Shown piece after piece: positions 61,033 to 64,000 of a stretch of 64,000 nucleotides of DNA. Source of the DNA: Wenzhouxiangella sp. GTDB lineage: Bacteria; Pseudomonadota; Gammaproteobacteria; Xanthomonadales; Wenzhouxiangellaceae. The notes under the pieces are model-generated. The model had not been told where the DNA came from, ran no database searches, and worked only from the letters and a program-made list of their open reading frames with translations. The stretch covers positions 16,327 to 80,326 of the forward strand of contig JBGTEC010000038.1 in the NCBI GenBank assembly GCA_041747995.1, in the 5' to 3' direction. Positions within the stretch are counted from its first letter, which is position 1. The number at the start of each line of letters is the position of its first letter. The translations under genes were made by a program, and so were the position numbers.

Positions 61033-63846
61033 CTAAAGGCTGTCGACCAGCTTGCGCGCCTGGGCCCGCATGGTCGCCGATCCGCCACTGGTGATTTCCT
61101 CGAGCAGCGTACGCGCCGAGTCGGGGTCATCCATGGACAGGTAGGCTCGGGCAAGATCCAGCTTGACCTCTGCATCTTCATCGCTCAACTCAGGCTCGCC
61201 CTCGTCTTCGGCAGCCTCCAGCTCCTGTGACTCCTGCTTCGGTGCAGCCAACTCACCTGCATCGTCGTCAATCCCATCTTCCGGGTCAGAATCGAGCCCG
61301 GCATCACGCCCAAGGAATGCCTCCAGTTCACGGTCACCGCGGACGTCAAAGTCCTCGTCAATATCGTCGGCCTTCTCATTGGCATGCTCGTCGACTGTAT
61401 CGTCCACTTCCTCCATATCGTGGGCCACGCTTGCTTCGTCGAGGGCCAGCTCGTCAGGCTCGACGGCGGCAGGCTGAGGGTCGGACCCATACTGCCCCGG
61501 CGAGAAGTTGAAGTCCAGATCAAGAGCGTCTTCTTCAGTTGAGTCATCCGAAGTTTCATCTGCCGTCGGCCTGGACTCGGGCGTCGGCGATTCCGACGCT
61601 TCCTTATGAGCGCTGTCATCGAAAGCATCCAGCTCGAGCTCTGAGTCAGCGCTGCCGAGATTCAGCAACTCGGCGCTTTCTTCCTCTTCCGGCATTTCAA
61701 CCGGGGAGTCTTCGGTGGAATCATCCAACCGGTCCGATAGTTCGGCAAGATCCAGATCGGTGGCGTCAAGATCATCCAATTCATTTGCGTCAGACGACCC
61801 AGGCATCAGGCCGGTCGCTGGCTCATTCGTCTCATCGGATTCGTCCTGCTCGTCTCCGAAGAACTCGTCATCATCGTCGACCTCGTCACCCGGCTTGACG
61901 TTCGAATCGATCCGGTAGTCATCCAGCGAGTCCTGGACATCGCCGTTATCTTCTTCAGGGCTCGCGCCAAGAATTCCGAGCATTTCGCGGGTCCGGTCAT
62001 CAAGTCCATCATCACCCTCGCCAGGTGCGGTTTCATTCGGCGTCAACAGCGGATGATCAGGTGCCTGGGTCACGGCCAGATTCAGGGCCTCCTGCCACCG
62101 CGGGTCATCGTCATGCTCGACACGGCGATACATGTCATCAAGCGCATCGGAAAAGGCTTCCGATTCGTCATGAGCAGCCAGCGCCTGGAGCAATGCCAGG
62201 TGGGCGGCCAGGTTCTCCGGGCTGCTTGCCACTCGCTTGCGCTGGGCCGCTACATCATCGCTGTTCTTGCTTCCGGCAACTGTTGAATCCGCAGCCCGTC
62301 GCCGACGTACCCAGAACAGCCCGGATATCGTGGCGCCTGCCAGCACGATGGCAGCAACCAGCCACAACCAGAACGGCAGACCGGCGCTATCGGTGCGGGC
62401 ATCATCCAACGCCGCAACCTCCATTGGCACGGCCTGTTCATTCGCTGCGGCTTCCGGTTCCATTTCGACGGGCGTCTCACGCCCCAAAGGCTCGGTTACC
62501 CGCTCAGCACCATCGTCAGTCGTGCCAAGCTCGGCTTCAAGCTCACGGAAATAGGCGCTGACCTCATCATCTGCCAGCTCCGCCTCGGCCATCAGTCGTT
62601 CGTCCTCTTCGCGGGCAACCCGAGTGTCGCGCAGCCTGGCCTCGAACATCGCCATCTCTTCGTCCGCCACGGCGAGACCGGCGGCCTCGCGAGTTCGGAT
62701 CGCCTCGCGGATGCTGCCGACATGCTGTATCAGTTCGTTACTTTCGAGGGCTTCGGCATACATCTGGTCCTCGAGGTCGGACAGGCGGTTGCTGGCGCGC
62801 TCGACCTCACCATCCGAAACCGCCGACCCATCATCAAAAATATCACTCTCGGGCGGAACCACTTCCAGGCGATGAACCAGTTCAGGCTCGGGTGACTCGG
62901 CAGGGGTTTCACGGGAACGTTCGACTTCCGGCACGGCAGCTTCAGCTACCACCGGCACTTCACGCGTCGCGCTGCGTTGCTCCCAGGATTGCATCTGGGC
63001 AGCCATCCGGCGATCAGCCTCGGCAGCGCCCAGTGCACGCAGTTCGTCGACCATCGGCATGGTCAACTCAGCGCCGCGCATCAGCCTGTTCACGTTGCCG
63101 TCAATGAATGCCTGCGGATTGCGGTCCAGAATGGCCAGCATGACCTGATTCATGGTCAGGCTGGTATCCGGACGCCAGGACTGGGCGATACCCCAGAGGG
63201 TCTGACCAGAGGCGACCGGCCCAATGACCTGCCCTCCCGGGTCGGCAGACCGTTGTTCGGGGCTTGGGCGCTCGTCGGCCACGGCACGCTCGGTCTCAAC
63301 CTGGCGCTCACTGGGCGGCGCCGGCGCTGGGCGGGCTGGTGCCGGCCGCGATTCCGCTTCTGCTGGCTCGGGCGTTCTTGCAACCTCCGGTTCCGGAGGC
63401 GTTTGTGCAGCCCGCCGGACGGGGGGTGCCGCCGCCAGTGTCGGTGGATCAAGAAACAGGGTGTATTCACGCAGAACCCGGCCGCTGGACCAGCGAGCGT
63501 CGACCAGGAACTGGATAACCGGATCGCTGATCGGCCGTTGCGAGCGAATGCGCAGTGTGGGTGGATCAACCCGACGGTCGACCGTGACTTCCAGTCCCAG
63601 CGCGATGGCTCCAGACGGTATGCCCAGGCGTTCATAGTCGCCTGCCGTGGCTGGCGCGACGGTGAGCGAATCCAGCGCGGCTGCATCGGCCTCGATCAGG
63701 CGAACCCTGACGTCAAGAGGCTGCCCCAGGTAGGAATCGACCCGGGCCTCCCCCAGGCCAAGAGCTCGCAGGCCGTCGGCCGGGAACAGCAGAAACGCCG
63801 CTCCCAAGGCACCGAGCACGAACAACTTACCGGTCAGAAAACGCAT
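61033..63846 (-). CDS. fimV: FimV/HubP polar landmark protein
   Basis: LGLGE..SYLGQPL, REYTLFLDPP, LysM-like GQTLWGIA..NPQAF..N, acidic region, KLDLARAY C-terminus. Alternative start at 63858. Confidence 0.92.
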   Translation of the reverse strand: MRFLTGKLFVLGALGAAFLLFPADGLRALGLGEARVDSYLGQPLDVRVRLIEADAAALDSLTVAPATAGDYERLGIPSGAIALGLEVTVDRRVDPPTLRIRSQRPISDPVIQFLVDARWSSGRVLREYTLFLDPPTLAAAPPVRRAAQTPPEPEVARTPEPAEAESRPAPARPAPAPPSERQVETERAVADERPSPEQRSADPGGQVIGPVASGQTLWGIAQSWRPDTSLTMNQVMLAILDRNPQAFIDGNVNRLMRGAELTMPMVDELRALGAAEADRRMAAQMQSWEQRSATREVPVVAEAAVPEVERSRETPAESPEPELVHRLEVVPPESDIFDDGSAVSDGEVERASNRLSDLEDQMYAEALESNELIQHVGSIREAIRTREAAGLAVADEEMAMFEARLRDTRVAREEDERLMAEAELADDEVSAYFRELEAELGTTDDGAERVTEPLGRETPVEMEPEAAANEQAVPMEVAALDDARTDSAGLPFWLWLVAAIVLAGATISGLFWVRRRRAADSTVAGSKNSDDVAAQRKRVASSPENLAAHLALLQALAAHDESEAFSDALDDMYRRVEHDDDPRWQEALNLAVTQAPDHPLLTPNETAPGEGDDGLDDRTREMLGILGASPEEDNGDVQDSLDDYRIDSNVKPGDEVDDDDEFFGDEQDESDETNEPATGLMPGSSDANELDDLDATDLDLAELSDRLDDSTEDSPVEMPEEEESAELLNLGSADSELELDAFDDSAHKEASESPTPESRPTADETSDDSTEEDALDLDFNFSPGQYGSDPQPAAVEPDELALDEASVAHDMEEVDDTVDEHANEKADDIDEDFDVRGDRELEAFLGRDAGLDSDPEDGIDDDAGELAAPKQESQELEAAEDEGEPELSDEDAEVKLDLARAYLSMDDPDSARTLLEEITSGGSATMRAQARKLVDSL

Positions 63847-63891
63847 GGAGCAGGCCACCTTTTTATGTATTAATTATCGTTAATTCAAGCG

Positions 63892-63920
63892 AGTATACCA
63901 ATGACTTCAGCAAATATGAA
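63892..63920 (-). promoter_or_regulatory. Sigma70 promoter upstream of fimV
   Basis: TTCATA-17 nt-TATACT with an extended -10 TG. Confidence 0.45.
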
Positions 63921-64000
63921 ACCTCTGGCGCGAACGCTGACCTCAATAATCCTGAGGTCATGCGTCCACAGGACCGGTTCATTCAGCTGGCTCTGGCCAC

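Noticed and set aside
61200-62050. Very acidic low-complexity region as a novel repeat protein
   Set aside because: Normal feature of the FimV/HubP cytoplasmic region.
63921-64000. 3' end of an upstream gene (asd or aroC often precede fimV)
   Set aside because: Too little sequence; no frame gives a recognisable C-terminus.

Overview
GC-rich gammaproteobacterial chromosome segment. Gene order and the MurD2/MurL pair suggest a Xanthomonadales/Wenzhouxiangella-like organism (inference). Most of the window is housekeeping: obgE-rpmA-rplU, uvrA, pspABC, rmlBACD-manC, ssb, ispB, murD2-murL, thiD, icd, grxC, tusD/C/E-like genes, bepA, ppk1-ppx-epmA, phrB and the fimV-truA-trpFBA-accD-folC-dedD-cvpA-purF operon. 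The most unusual part is the first ~10.4 kb. It holds a tightly coupled minus-strand operon of uncharacterised, mostly exported proteins: a ~1770-aa EPND/PPC-repeat + discoidin-like + double-vWA protein, a transglutaminase-fold protein lacking the catalytic Cys, a 3x DUF4352-like protein and a further gene running off the edge. Directly upstream lie a TIGR02999-type ECF sigma factor and a relic of its partner Ser/Thr kinase-TPR gene. In the relic, the N-terminus is joined out of frame to the last TPR and the kinase domain is missing. Non-coding structure includes a 276-bp MITE with perfect terminal inverted repeats in the rpmA 3' UTR. A family of composite REP-like hairpins with heptamer tracts also occurs; two copies bracket a ~4.3-kb segment in inverted orientation and a third carries a perfect IHF consensus. 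No rRNA, tRNA, CRISPR array or transposase was recognised. All calls are by eye from motifs; no database searches were run.
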